NCBI GenBank assembly: GCA_963749495.1
Contig: CAVVMW010000022.1
Span: forward strand, 256,001 to 320,000
Origin: an uncultured bacterium
Lineage (GTDB): Bacteria > Verrucomicrobiota > Verrucomicrobiia > Limisphaerales > UBA8199
Length of the DNA stretch: 64,000 nucleotides
Reading direction: 5' to 3'
The notes under the pieces were generated by a model. That model was not told the origin of the DNA. It made no database searches and was given only the letters and a program-made list of their open reading frames with translations. Position 1 is the stretch's first letter; the number at the start of each line of letters is the position of its first letter. Below are positions 43,269-54,206 of this stretch, one piece after another. Both the position numbers and the translations under genes were made by a program.

Positions 43269-43443
43269 ATTGTCCTTTGGGTCTGTTTGCATTTTTCGGG
43301 GCACGGCCTTTGCCATCCCCAGGCAATACCCGCCGGTGGGGCGGAAAGTTTCAGGGCAAAAGGATGACCGGCAAGGGACAAAAGGGACAAAAGGGACAAA
43401 AGGGACTCAAGGGACGCGAGGGACGCGAGGGGGCGCGCGGCCC

Positions 43444-44005
43444 TCACTCGCTGCGCCGGGTGCGCCGTTCCGGGGCGGGGTGCTCGCGCGCGTAAGGCTC
43501 GGAGTGCTGGGCGTGGGCCTGCCAATTCTCGGTGTATTTGGCGGCCAGGACCGGGTCGTTGATGAGCAGGAGGTTCTCTGCGTTCTTCTCCTCAGCCGCC
43601 CGGGTGAAATTGAAGGAACCGGTCAGGACGAGGCAGCCATCGATGATCATGATTTTGTTGTGGGCGATGGCGTGCTGAGCGTTGATGAGCGTAGGGATAT
43701 GATTGTCGGCCAGGAAATCGGCCTCGGAGGTACTTTTCCGTCCGCTGGCTTCCGTCCAGGATGACGCTCACCTTGACGGCGCGGCGCTGGGCCTGGACCA
43801 ATGCCCGGGCAATCGGGGCCGAGGTGAAGCTGTAGGCCTGGACCAGAACCACATTGGTCGCATGATCGAGGGCCTCGATCACGGCCTCGGTGGCGCCGCC
43901 CTTGGGCGAAAAATAGACCTGGACCCCTTGCGGGATGGAAGCGCGCGGCCCACACCCCGCCAGCAGCAACATCAGGCCCAACACCGCTAAAAGGATCGTC
44001 CTCAT
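43444..44005 (-). CDS. Phospholipase D-family nuclease (Nuc-like) lipoprotein; frameshift near 43730
   Basis: LAGC lipobox, VYFSPKGG, QAYSFTS, HNKIMIID (HKD), TGSFNFT, NAEN. Confidence 0.88.
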
Positions 44006-44328
44006 AGCCAAAGGCTAAAGGCTAACGCCCAAAGGCTAAAGGCTAAAGGCTGAAAAACAGTCCACAGTCCACAGTCCACAGTCAGGGAGACGGAGGCTCA
44101 GGGGCGAGATTCGAGGGACGAATGACCAATGACGCGAGGAGTCTGCGCTCTGGATCTCGCTTCGCTCGATGGTCTATGGACTGTGGACTGTGGACTGTGG
44201 ACTGTGCCTTTGGCCTTTACAGACGGGGCCAGATCTGCAACGGTTTGAGCATGTAGCGTTCCCTCCGGGCGCCAGCCTGCGAGAGCGGACTGCGAAGAAC
44301 GCAATTTTTGCAAAACACAGAATCGAGA

Positions 44329-45603
44329 ATGAATACCGTGACCTCACTCAAAACCGTCAAAGGCAACACCAAGTCCATCGTCGAAGCGGAGCTGTCGCGC
44401 ACCGGGGGCGTCCTGCGGTTGGCGCCCAACTGGGTGCCCCGCTCGTTCCTGCAGCCGGGCCTGCGCATCAAGCTGCACCCGGACGACACTTACGCCTACG
44501 GGGCGAACCGGGGCGGCATTGACGAACGCTGGTTCGCCTCCACCACCGAGGCCGCCAACGAAGGGCGCGTCCCCGACGAGGGCCTGAGCTATTGCGTCGC
44601 CGGCAAGGAACGGTTCACCTTGCGCAAGGCCGTCGAGGATTCCGGGGCCGCCTTGGTCGGCAACGCCATCTGGAAAAAGTACGGCCGCTGGCCGGTCTAT
44701 TCGAAGTTCTTCGACAACATGGGACCGATTCCCCACCACATGCACCAGAACGCCAGCCAGGCCAAGCTCGTCGGCCAGGAAGGCAAACCCGAGGCCTATT
44801 ATTTCCCGCCCCAGCAAAACAACGTCGGCGATAACTTCCCCTACACCTTCTTCGGCCTGGAGCCGGGCACGACCAAGGCCCAGGTGCGCAAGTGCCTCGA
44901 GGATTGGAACAAGGGCGACAATGGCATCCTTGACCTCTCGAAGGCCTATCGGCTCAAGCCCGGCACGGGCTGGCTGGTGGGCCCTTGCATCCTCCACGCC
45001 CCCGGCTCGCTCTGCACCTACGAGCCTCAATGGGGCAGCGACGTCTTCGGCATGTACCAAAGCATGGTCGAGGGCCGCTACGTCCCCTGGGACCTCCTGG
45101 TCAAGGACATGCCCAAGAGCAAACACAAGGACCTGGACTTCATCGTGGACCAGCTCGATTGGGAGGCCAACCTCGACCCGAGTTTCAAGGACCACCATTA
45201 CCTGGAACCGGTCCCGGTGGCCGGCGCGGCCAACAATGGCTGCGTGGATCGGTGGGTTGTTTATGGCAAGATCAACGGCGAACAGCTCTTCAGCGCCAAA
45301 GAACTGACCGTCGCCGCAGGCCAGAAATGCACCGCCAAAGACAACGGCGCCTACGGCCTGATTTGCGTCCAGGGTGTGGGCAAGATCAATGGCCAGCCCC
45401 TCAACACCCCCAAGCTCATCCGCTTCACGGAGTTGACCGAGGACGAGTACTTCTGTTCGGAGGACGGCGCGCGGGCGGGTGTGACGTTCGAAAACGCCAG
45501 CCAAACCGAGCCATTAGTCTGCCTGCGCTACTTTGGACCGGAGGTCAACCCCGAGGCGCCGGAGGTTGGGGCATACAAAAAGGCGGCAGCGCGGCGGGCG
45601 TAG
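44329..45603 (+). CDS. Conserved cupin-fold protein (mannose-6-phosphate isomerase-like)
   Basis: ERWFAS, KFFDNMGPIPHHMH, GKPEAYYF, LHAPG..TYEPQ..SD. Confidence 0.7.
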   Translation: MNTVTSLKTVKGNTKSIVEAELSRTGGVLRLAPNWVPRSFLQPGLRIKLHPDDTYAYGANRGGIDERWFASTTEAANEGRVPDEGLSYCVAGKERFTLRKAVEDSGAALVGNAIWKKYGRWPVYSKFFDNMGPIPHHMHQNASQAKLVGQEGKPEAYYFPPQQNNVGDNFPYTFFGLEPGTTKAQVRKCLEDWNKGDNGILDLSKAYRLKPGTGWLVGPCILHAPGSLCTYEPQWGSDVFGMYQSMVEGRYVPWDLLVKDMPKSKHKDLDFIVDQLDWEANLDPSFKDHHYLEPVPVAGAANNGCVDRWVVYGKINGEQLFSAKELTVAAGQKCTAKDNGAYGLICVQGVGKINGQPLNTPKLIRFTELTEDEYFCSEDGARAGVTFENASQTEPLVCLRYFGPEVNPEAPEVGAYKKAAARRA

Positions 45604-45793
45604 TCAGTCCACAGTCCACAGTCCACAGTCCAGAGTCGTTCGGGCGCGCGTCCAAATCCTGAGGCCGGATTTATTCAGAGCCTGTCCCAAAAGCTCTGAT
45701 TCCGGACCTTTGTCGCAGCCTTTGTCGGGACCTTTGTCGGATTGGGCCGGCCTCGACAAAGGTTGCCCATTCGCGCGGTTTGTGGGACTGGCT

Positions 45794-47260
45794 CTATCTT
45801 GGGACCTCCGTCTGCCGCTTGGCGGCGGCGAGATAAACGGCGGCGTATTCTTCGGCGGCGCGGTCCCAGGAGAAGTCGGCGCTCATGGCGTTGGCGCGGA
45901 AATGGCGGAGCAGGTCCGGCTCGCGGAAGAGTTCGAGGGCCTTGCGGATGGCCTTGGCCAGGGCGGAAGTGGCGTAGTGGGTGAACTTGATGCCGTCAGC
46001 GCGCGCCGGGTCGTCGCGGATGTCGATGACGGTGTCGTTGAGGCCGCCGGTGGCGCGGACGATCGGGATGGTGCCGTAGCGGAGGCTGTACATCTGGTTG
46101 AGGCCGCAGGGTTCGAAGCGTGAGGGCATCAAAAAGAAATCGCACCCGGCCTCGATGCGGTGCGAGAGACCTTCGTCGAAGCCGATGCGCACGGCCACTT
46201 GGGAGGCAAAGCGCTGCGCCAGGACCTGGTAGGCGTGCTCGAAGGCGGGGCAGCCTGTGCCCAGGACAACAAACTGGAGATTGGCGCCGAGCATCTCTTC
46301 GAGGGCGCCCAGGATGAGATCGACGCCCTTCTGCTCGACGAGCCGGCCGACGTTGCCGAAGAGCGGCGCGCCCGGGTCGGGAGGCAGACCCAACTCCTTC
46401 TGCAGCGCGGTTTTGTCGGCCGCCTTGCCGCTGAGGTCCTGGCTGGTGTAGGGGTGAGGGAGAAATGGGTTGCCCAGCGTCTTCCATTCCTCGTGATCCA
46501 CGCGGTTCAGGATGCCGAAGAGCAGGTCCCGCCGTTTGCGCAACAGGCCGTCCAGCCCGCACCCCAGTTCTGCAGTGGTGATCTCCCGCGCGTGCGTGGG
46601 GCTGACGGTGGTGATGACGTCGGCATAAGCAATGCCGGCCTTCAGGCAGTTAACCTGGCCGTAGAACTCGACGCCGTCCGGGGTGAAATAGTCCCAGGGC
46701 AGGTTGGCCAGGGCATACTGGCTGGGCGGGAGCAGGCCCTGGTAGGCGAGGTTATGAATGGTCATGCAGATCCGGGGCCCGTCTTTCAATTGGGCCAACC
46801 GCCGCTGGTGATGAAGGAAGAGCGCGGCAAAACCGGCTTGCCAGTCGTTGAGGTGCAGTATCTGCGGTTGCCAGGGCAGGCGCGTGGCCAAGTGTGCGAT
46901 TGCCTTCGAGAAAAACATGAAACGCTCGGCGTTGTCCGGGTAATCCACGCCGTGCTGCGTGTAGAGAGAGGAGCGTTGATAGAGCTGGGGTTGGTCGATG
47001 AAATAGATGGTCAGTCTTGGGGCTGGTTCCAAGGCCCAGACCTCGCCGCGAAGCCGGCCCAGGCCCAGCGGCAAATCCAGGGGCATGGCCACCGGCGTAA
47101 CTCCTGGGAACCGCTCGCGAATGCCCTGGTAGAGGGGGGTGACAATCCCGACCTGGTGCCCGGCCTTTGCCAGCGCCTTGCCCAGGCCCGCCGCCATGTC
47201 GGCCAAGCCGCCGGTCTTCGAGTAGGGATGCAGTTCGCTACTGGCGAGAAGGAGCCTCAT
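45794..47260 (-). CDS. glgA: Glycogen synthase
   Basis: SKTGGLAD, HLNDWQ, TIHNLAYQG, RLVEQKG, MPSRFEPCGLNQMY. Confidence 0.96.
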   Translation of the reverse strand: MRLLLASSELHPYSKTGGLADMAAGLGKALAKAGHQVGIVTPLYQGIRERFPGVTPVAMPLDLPLGLGRLRGEVWALEPAPRLTIYFIDQPQLYQRSSLYTQHGVDYPDNAERFMFFSKAIAHLATRLPWQPQILHLNDWQAGFAALFLHHQRRLAQLKDGPRICMTIHNLAYQGLLPPSQYALANLPWDYFTPDGVEFYGQVNCLKAGIAYADVITTVSPTHAREITTAELGCGLDGLLRKRRDLLFGILNRVDHEEWKTLGNPFLPHPYTSQDLSGKAADKTALQKELGLPPDPGAPLFGNVGRLVEQKGVDLILGALEEMLGANLQFVVLGTGCPAFEHAYQVLAQRFASQVAVRIGFDEGLSHRIEAGCDFFLMPSRFEPCGLNQMYSLRYGTIPIVRATGGLNDTVIDIRDDPARADGIKFTHYATSALAKAIRKALELFREPDLLRHFRANAMSADFSWDRAAEEYAAVYLAAAKRQTEVPR

Positions 47261-47504
47261 GGAGTGCGGAGGGCGGAATGACGAATGACGAATGACGAAT
47301 GACGAATGACGAATGACGAATGACGAATGACGAATGACGAATGACGAATGACGAACGAACGAAGTGCGGAGTGCGGAGTGCGGAATCCCTCGGAGGAAGG
47401 ACGGCACGGACGAGGGGCAGAATCCGGGTTGGCTGCGGCCGGTCTGACGCGTCCGACCCGTCTGACCGGTCTGACCCGTCCGACGCGGGTGCGAGGCGCA
47501 GGGC

Positions 47505-48806
47505 TCAAGGGCCAATCCTTTCGGCCTTGAGATAGCTTTGGAGCGGGGCCGGGATTACGAGGGCGCCGTCGGGTTGCTGACAGGTCTCGACCAGGGCCAC
47601 GAAGAGGCGGGCCAGGGCAGTGCCGCTGCCGTTGAGCAGGTGCGGGAAGCGGTTTTCGCCCGACTCGCTCTTGAACCGGAGGTTCATGCGCCGGGCCTGA
47701 AAATCCTCGCAATTGGAGACACTGGACACTTCGAGGTAGTTGCCCTGGCCCGGGGCCCAGACCTCGATGTCGTAGGTCTTGGCGCTGGCGAAGCCCATGT
47801 CGCCGGCGCAGAGCAGGACCACGCGGTAGTGCAGGCCCAGCAATTGGAGCACGCGCTCGGCATCGGCCAGCATCTTCTCGTGCTCGGCGTAGCTCTCCTC
47901 CGGCTTGACGATCTTGATCAACTCGACCTTGTCGAACTGGTGGACGCGAATCATGCCGCGCGTGCCGACCCCGGCGGCGCCGGCCTCACCGCGAAAACAG
48001 GGGGTATAAGCGCAGTAATAGATCGGCAACTGCCGCTCGGCGAGGATCTCCTCGCGGTGGATATTGGCGACGGGCGTCTCGGCTGTGGGGATGAGGTAGA
48101 GCTTGCCCAGCGTCGAGGCGTCCAAGCCCTCCTGGACCGCGTAATACTGGTCGGCAAACTTGGGGAATTGCCCGACGCCTTCCAGGCATTGCGGCCCGAC
48201 CATGAAGGGCGGCGAGACTTCCACGTAGCCGTGCTGGAGGGTGTGGAGGTCCAGGAGGAATTGGATGAGCGCCCGCTCCAGCCGCGCGCCCCAGTTGGTG
48301 TAGAGCACAAAACCGCTGCCCGAGAGCTTGGCCGCGCGCGCGAAATTGACCAACCCCAGGCCCTCGCACAGTTCGACGTGGGACTTGGGCTGGAATGAAA
48401 AGGCCGGCTTGTCGCCATGGACACGCACGACCGGGTTGTCCTGGGCGCTGCGGCCCGGCGGCACCGATTCGTGAGGCAGATTGGGCAGCCGCAGCATCAA
48501 CTGGCTGCGGGCCGCCTCGGCGCCCGCCGCCTGCTGGTCCAGGTGCGCGATCCGGGCCCCCAGTTCGCGTGTCTCTTGCTTCTTGGCCTCCGCCTCGGCC
48601 ACTTTCTTCTGGCCCATGAGCGCGCCGATCTCGCGCGACACACGGTTGCGCTGGGCCTTGAGCGACTCCACCTGGTGCAGGGCCTGGCGCCGCTGCTCGT
48701 CGAGCCGGAGCAGTTCATCAATGCGGGCTTCATCCCCCGCCCCCCGGCCCGCCAGGCGTTGGCGTACAAAATCCGGCTTCTCCCGAATCAACTTGATATC
48801 CAACAT
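47505..48806 (-). CDS. serS: Serine--tRNA ligase
   Basis: MLDIKLIRE, LIPTAET, CFRGEAG, RVHQFDKVE, EVSSVSNC, LNGSG. Confidence 0.97.
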   Translation of the reverse strand: MLDIKLIREKPDFVRQRLAGRGAGDEARIDELLRLDEQRRQALHQVESLKAQRNRVSREIGALMGQKKVAEAEAKKQETRELGARIAHLDQQAAGAEAARSQLMLRLPNLPHESVPPGRSAQDNPVVRVHGDKPAFSFQPKSHVELCEGLGLVNFARAAKLSGSGFVLYTNWGARLERALIQFLLDLHTLQHGYVEVSPPFMVGPQCLEGVGQFPKFADQYYAVQEGLDASTLGKLYLIPTAETPVANIHREEILAERQLPIYYCAYTPCFRGEAGAAGVGTRGMIRVHQFDKVELIKIVKPEESYAEHEKMLADAERVLQLLGLHYRVVLLCAGDMGFASAKTYDIEVWAPGQGNYLEVSSVSNCEDFQARRMNLRFKSESGENRFPHLLNGSGTALARLFVALVETCQQPDGALVIPAPLQSYLKAERIGP

Positions 48807-48957
48807 CGCGTCATTATAAGCGCCGCCTATCCCCGGGCAAGGGGGAAGGGGGGGATGACGAATGACGAATGACGAATGACAAATGGCGAATGACTACTGA
48901 CCAGAATCCTCTGCAATGATTCTGCCAACAATGATTCTGCCTTGTTCCATCTTGCCG

Positions 48958-48994
48958 AAAAAAAACCTCCGGGTGCCGACGGGGCACCCGGAGG
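48958..48994 (-). terminator. Rho-independent terminator after the 1613-aa gene
   Basis: Minus strand CCTCCGGGTGCCCCGTCGGCACCCGGAGG followed by T8. Confidence 0.85.
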
Positions 48995-49067
48995 ACGTTC
49001 TGCTATAACAGCCGGTCAAGGAGGCGCGGCGCGGTGGCCGGCCTCGTGGACTGAATCAGGTCCTATT

Positions 49068-52000
49068 TCATTTCTTGTGCAGCCGGTAGAGCATGCCCGG
49101 ACCAGTGTGAACCAGCGGCACGGTCGTGAAGACCGTGGTGGTGGTAGTCTGGAGCGTGGCCGTAGAGGTCACCCACGCGGGCGGCGAGAGGCTGGGGGTT
49201 TGCTCCAACGCGTAGCTGGCGACCGTGAGCGGGGCGGGCGGCAACGGCCAGACCAGCTTGAGGGTGTTGGCGTCGGTCAGCCCGAAAGTAATCGGCAGCG
49301 CCACGGTGAGCGAAGCGACGGAAGAGGTCGCGGAAGCACCCGGAGAATAGACGATGCAACGGTAATCTGTTCCGCTGTCCGCCAGGGAGGCGTTGAAGGT
49401 GTAAGTCGGGCTATAGGCGCCGACAACGTCGGCGAAGCCCGAGCCGGTGTTCTCTTGCCAGAAGTAGCTCATGATCTGGTTGGGCTGGAACTGGTACGTG
49501 GACTCGGCCCCGACCGTAAAGGAGACAGTGACCGGCGGAGCTGCGCCGACGGTCACCTGGAGGGCAGAGATTTCCCAGTTGGGCTCGGTCCCTTCAGCGC
49601 CCTCGTCCCAAGAGGCGAGGAACTCCAGTTGGAGGGTGTCGCCGACGTTGAACGAGCCGAGCCTGGCAAGGCTGGTGATCATGGCGCCGGTGCTATAGCC
49701 TGGGGAATCGCCGATGAAGCCAGCATTGGTCCAGCCCGGCGTGGTGGTGAGGTTGGGATAGACGGTGCCCTGGATAGCCCCCTCGTAACCATTCTGGAAG
49801 AAGTTAAGCGACGGGACCGTGCCAAACGCCCCGCCATTGACGCTGAGCCGGACCTGTCCGCCATCGTAAGCCTTATCGCTGAGTTCGAAGCTGTGCCGAT
49901 GTGTGAAGCTCAGCACGACCGGGGCGGCGTTGGTGATGTGGATGACGGTGCTGTGGAGGCCTGACGCGAATGGGCCCGGGTAACCGAGGCTGGCGGCCGG
50001 GCCGTGGTTGGTCCAGCTTCCCGAGACCGCGGCATAGGACCATGGCCCCACCGGGTTGCCGTAGTTGGTCACGGTGAAACCCCCATCGCCGGCGCTGAAA
50101 TTAATGTCCAGCACGGTCTTGGGGTCGCCTGCCAGATAGGCGGTGGCAATGCTCGCGGGCTGTTGCGTAATGGTGACGCTGGCGCCCAGCGGGTCGGCCA
50201 TCAGACCGACGTAGGCCGGGGGAATCGGCGGCAGCGCGTCCGGGCTGCCCGGATCGGTGTCGAGTTTGAATGCCGCTTGCACATAATCGCCGCCACCGCC
50301 TTCCCGGTGGAGCGTTTCGATATCGTACTGCTGTCCGCCGATCAAGGGCACGGCGCCCAAGTTCGTGTTCGAATGCGCTGAGAAGCCCTCGCAGCACCCG
50401 GTCTCCTCGGCCTGGATCGTGCTGCCCAGCGGGTCTGTGCCCGCCGAATTGAGGTACAATTGCGACCAATCGTCGCTCCTGATGTAGAAGTAATAATTGC
50501 CCGTGGCGGGTGGAACGAACAAGCCGGTGATGTGATCGCCATAGCCACAGTGGTTGTCGTTGGGGAAGATAGACCGGCTATCCAACCCGATGACGAAGCT
50601 GGTGAAGTCCGGGGAGTCGGGGTAGCGCGGGTCGCTGGTCAAGAGGGACATGCTGGTGTCACTCGTGGAGAGGCCGCCGAAGAAGTCCCACTTCAGGAAG
50701 CCGCGGCTGAACAAAAAGGCCTCGCCCGGGGCGGTGGCGCTGGCCAGGGTGTTGCCCGCCGAGTCTTGCACGCCCTGGACAGTCAGGGTGAAGGTCTGCC
50801 CGGAGGTCATCGGTTTGTCCAGCGTCAGGACGACGTTGGTTCCGGTCGAGTCCAGCACCGCGCTGGTGACGGTGAAGCCCGGGATGGTGAACGCGGCAGC
50901 GCTCGGGTTGGCCTGCATCCTCTCGCTGAAGCCGACGGTCAGGGTGTTCATCGCCTTGGAGCCATGGATGACCACGACCGCCGGCGGTGTGGTGTCCGCG
51001 GTGACGGTCAGCGTGGCCGCCGGGCTGGTGGCCACGGAGCCGACCTTCGAGACCTTGACGGTGAACTGGGCGTTGTTATCCGAGCTGGCCGCGATGAAGG
51101 AGTAGAACGTCGTCGTCGCGCCCGCGATGGCGGCGCCGTTGCGGTACCGCTGGTAGAACATGGACAGGCCGGCGGGGTTGCTGGCGGTGGCGGAGAGGGT
51201 CACGGGGTGATTTGCCGCCACGGAGAGGCTGCTGGGGCCAGTCAGGAGGATGGGGCCGCCCACGTCGGCCGGGGCATAGGGATAGCAGACGGCGGGGCCG
51301 GCGAGGGATGCAGGATCGATGACCGTGTTGGGAGTGCCGAGAGTTGGGCTGCCGGTGCCATCCAGCCGGGCGGCCACTTTGACGTAATCGCCCCCGCCGC
51401 CCTCCTTGTGGAGGGTCTCGATGTAGTAGCCCTGGCCCGCAATTAGCGGGAGCGCCGCCGAGTAGATCATGTTCCAGTCCTCGCAGCAACCGGCTTCCTG
51501 TGCGATCAGGGTCATGCCGGCGGCATCGGGGCCGTTGGGATTGAGGAAGAGCTGCGAGGAGTCGTCGCTGCGGGCGAAGAAGACCCAATTCCCCGAAACC
51601 GGCGGCACGAACAGGCCGCTAATGCGGGTTCCGTAGTTGTCATGCGTGTCATCCGGGAACACGGCACGCGTGTCGAAGACCGTCAGGTTGGTGGTTGCGT
51701 TCGGAAAGTCGGGGAAGAACACCGAGTCTCCGGTCAACGCGGCGACAACGGTGCCCTCGATGTTCGGGTAGTACTCCCAGTAAAGCCCGTTGGCCGGGCT
51801 GGTGACCCAGGCGGTGAACGGAGCGGAGTTGTTGGCCAGCGGATTGCCGACGCCGTCGGTGATGCCGGTCAAGGTGACCGTGTAGGCCTGGCCTGGGGTC
51901 TGGGCGGAAGTGGTGAGGGCCACGTTCAGGTTGTTGTTCGAGAAGCTCGCGGCCGAGACCGTGAGGGTATGCTGGCCGTCCGAGATCGTGTAATTGGCCG

Positions 52001-53909
52001 GGTTGCCGCCGGCTTGGGAAAGCGGGCCGCTGAATTCGAGCAGGACCTGGGTCAGGCTGGCCTGCTGGGCGGTCGAGTCCCAAGCAGGGTAGCCGACGAC
52101 ATGCAGGATCGCGGCGGGCGCAGTCGGATAGGTCACGGTGAGGGTGGCCACGGAGCTGGTGACCGAGCCGTAGAGATTGGTGACGATTACGGCATAATTG
52201 CCCGCGTCATTGGTCGTGATATTGCTGAACGCGAGCGTGGCGTTTGTCTTGCCGGACAGGTTGACGCCCTCTTTGGTCCATTGATAGCCCAGCGTGGGAG
52301 GGCCGACGGCGACGGTGGAGATGGAGACTGGGGCGCCGGCAATGATCGTGCCTAGCGGGGCCTGCGGTTGCTGGATGATGACGGGCGCCGTCTGCGCCGC
52401 ATAGAAGATCTGGCGAATCTGGTCCTGGGTCAGGCCCTTGTTGAAGATGGCTACTTCGTCGATCCGACCGGCGAAGTTACGACTATCGCCCAGAGTCGGG
52501 TCGCCGCGCGAGCCGATAGACCACGAGGAATCCACTTGGCCGGCGCCGGCGGTGCTGGCCGCCGAGGCGATCAATTCGCCATAGCGGTAGAGATTCCATT
52601 TGGAACCGTCGAAGGTGCCGGCCAGGAAGACCCAATTGCCCACGTCCTGGTTGGCGACTCCGCCCGCGCTGGCGGTGACGCCGGAGGCATAATCTCCAAT
52701 CTCATAAGAGCCTGCATTGATGCGGAAAAAGACTTCCTGGTTGGGGCTGCTGATATATCCATGGGCCAAAATGTCGCGCAGGGCAGTAGTGGAAGTCGGC
52801 TGGATCCAGGCCATGACGGTGATCTGGTTGGTGAAGTTGAGCCCGTCCGGGTTGCCCAACAAGACGGAGCCGTCAAAGCCGTCGAAGGAAGCGGCGGTGT
52901 TGCCTGTGCCGAACCCGCTGCCGGGCGGGCCCGCAGCCGCGGTGGCACTGCCCGGCTGATAAGTGCCGTTGATGGCGGTGCCCAGACTGCCGGTGTTCAC
53001 CGCAACGGGGAGGGTGCTCGTGTCCGGGGGCGTGTAGGTCGGTTCGTCCAGGCGGAAATACAGGATCGGCTTCTTGGCCAGGACCAACTGTGCATAGGGC
53101 TGGCTGGGATGCGCGCTGATGCCATTCTGATAATGGGCCAGCACCTCGGCCGCGGTGAGGGCATTGGTGTAGATGGCCACTTCATCAACCAGGCCGTTAA
53201 AGCTCCGGCCGAAGGGGCTGGCGGTGCCGATCTCCAGCGGTTGCTTGGGGTTGCCCACGAAGGGGCGGCTCAGCGCCACCGAGGAGACGGACACGCCGTT
53301 GACATACAGGGTGGCGTTGGTGCCATCATAAACCCCCACGATATGGTGCCACGTCGTCACGGTGGCCATGCCGCCCTCGGTCATCGCGGTGTAGCCGGCG
53401 GTGTCGCCCATGCGAAACATCCAGTCGCCCGAATTCTGGTAGATGAGCCACCCTGCGCGCGCCGCGGAGGCAACGTTCGCGTCATAATAGAGCGAAGAAA
53501 GCGGGCCTAGCGGGTACTGGCTGCCGGAGATGGCGGTCGGGTTGGCCCACACCTCCGCGCTAAAGGGGCCGGTCGGATTGATCAGCGGGTCATAGCCCAC
53601 GCCGACCTTGCCGCCCCCGCCCGGGCAGTTCACGCAGTTGTCGTTTGGTTCTCCAACCAGGGCGCCCGGGGCAAAGGGGTGCTGGATGTCCCCCTGGTAA
53701 AAGCCATTGAACCGGGCCCCCAAGGTGCCGAGGTTCGTAGCAATATCGGGGATCGGGACGGACCCGGTGTCATTGAGCCGATAATAGGCCAGCGGGCCAA
53801 AGCCCGTGACTGTGCTGGGATAATCCGCCCTGGCCGGGCGCGTGGTGAACAGTGCGGCGCAGGCAACTGCGCCCCACAGGAGGATTCGTCTGTTGCTGGG
53901 TAGTTTCAT
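49068..53909 (-). CDS. Large secreted multidomain protein: 2x LamG, Ig-like, Big-like, 2x PA14
   Basis: Signal peptide; YYRLND / WHHIVGVYDG / GLVDEVAIY; IIQQP Ig; RSDDSSQLFL and RSDDWSQLYL with HKEGGGGD; C-terminal LYRLHKK. Confidence 0.88.
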   Translation of the reverse strand: MKLPSNRRILLWGAVACAALFTTRPARADYPSTVTGFGPLAYYRLNDTGSVPIPDIATNLGTLGARFNGFYQGDIQHPFAPGALVGEPNDNCVNCPGGGGKVGVGYDPLINPTGPFSAEVWANPTAISGSQYPLGPLSSLYYDANVASAARAGWLIYQNSGDWMFRMGDTAGYTAMTEGGMATVTTWHHIVGVYDGTNATLYVNGVSVSSVALSRPFVGNPKQPLEIGTASPFGRSFNGLVDEVAIYTNALTAAEVLAHYQNGISAHPSQPYAQLVLAKKPILYFRLDEPTYTPPDTSTLPVAVNTGSLGTAINGTYQPGSATAAAGPPGSGFGTGNTAASFDGFDGSVLLGNPDGLNFTNQITVMAWIQPTSTTALRDILAHGYISSPNQEVFFRINAGSYEIGDYASGVTASAGGVANQDVGNWVFLAGTFDGSKWNLYRYGELIASAASTAGAGQVDSSWSIGSRGDPTLGDSRNFAGRIDEVAIFNKGLTQDQIRQIFYAAQTAPVIIQQPQAPLGTIIAGAPVSISTVAVGPPTLGYQWTKEGVNLSGKTNATLAFSNITTNDAGNYAVIVTNLYGSVTSSVATLTVTYPTAPAAILHVVGYPAWDSTAQQASLTQVLLEFSGPLSQAGGNPANYTISDGQHTLTVSAASFSNNNLNVALTTSAQTPGQAYTVTLTGITDGVGNPLANNSAPFTAWVTSPANGLYWEYYPNIEGTVVAALTGDSVFFPDFPNATTNLTVFDTRAVFPDDTHDNYGTRISGLFVPPVSGNWVFFARSDDSSQLFLNPNGPDAAGMTLIAQEAGCCEDWNMIYSAALPLIAGQGYYIETLHKEGGGGDYVKVAARLDGTGSPTLGTPNTVIDPASLAGPAVCYPYAPADVGGPILLTGPSSLSVAANHPVTLSATASNPAGLSMFYQRYRNGAAIAGATTTFYSFIAASSDNNAQFTVKVSKVGSVATSPAATLTVTADTTPPAVVVIHGSKAMNTLTVGFSERMQANPSAAAFTIPGFTVTSAVLDSTGTNVVLTLDKPMTSGQTFTLTVQGVQDSAGNTLASATAPGEAFLFSRGFLKWDFFGGLSTSDTSMSLLTSDPRYPDSPDFTSFVIGLDSRSIFPNDNHCGYGDHITGLFVPPATGNYYFYIRSDDWSQLYLNSAGTDPLGSTIQAEETGCCEGFSAHSNTNLGAVPLIGGQQYDIETLHREGGGGDYVQAAFKLDTDPGSPDALPPIPPAYVGLMADPLGASVTITQQPASIATAYLAGDPKTVLDINFSAGDGGFTVTNYGNPVGPWSYAAVSGSWTNHGPAASLGYPGPFASGLHSTVIHITNAAPVVLSFTHRHSFELSDKAYDGGQVRLSVNGGAFGTVPSLNFFQNGYEGAIQGTVYPNLTTTPGWTNAGFIGDSPGYSTGAMITSLARLGSFNVGDTLQLEFLASWDEGAEGTEPNWEISALQVTVGAAPPVTVSFTVGAESTYQFQPNQIMSYFWQENTGSGFADVVGAYSPTYTFNASLADSGTDYRCIVYSPGASATSSVASLTVALPITFGLTDANTLKLVWPLPPAPLTVASYALEQTPSLSPPAWVTSTATLQTTTTTVFTTVPLVHTGPGMLYRLHKK

Positions 53910-54206
53910 AGTTCGACTTGCTTGATCTGTTCAGTCGGTTCTGCTGCGTTGCGCCGCCGGGACGGCCCCAAGGGCCGCCATTGCCGGCGTCGCCTCAAAT
54001 TGTGCGGTTCGCGCGCCGCACCGGAAGTGCGAGCGAAAGACCCGCCTGCAGGAGGGATCTTCGGGAGATGGCCAGTCCCGAATCATACTCGCAGGGCTAA
54101 CGTGCCTATCCTATCCTATTGGGCCTGCCCGAGGTCGTCAACCCTTTTCCACTGGCTGAGTAGTCATTCGTCATTCGTCATTCGTCATTCGTCATTCCCA
54201 ACCCGG

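Noticed and set aside
43444..44005. PLD nuclease as part of an anti-phage defence system
   Set aside because: Stand-alone lipoprotein Nuc-like gene with no helicase, methylase or other defence partner adjacent.
47261..47515. N-terminal extension of GlgA containing (FVIRHSS)n; similar extensions on TatD, Frr and the Gfo/Idh/MocA protein
   Set aside because: ORF-caller read-through into intergenic repeats; family-typical starts lie downstream.
53920..54140. Riboswitch upstream of the LamG/PA14 gene (also considered 26210-26450)
   Set aside because: GC-rich hairpins are present but I could not match any known aptamer consensus by eye; an Infernal/Rfam scan would decide.
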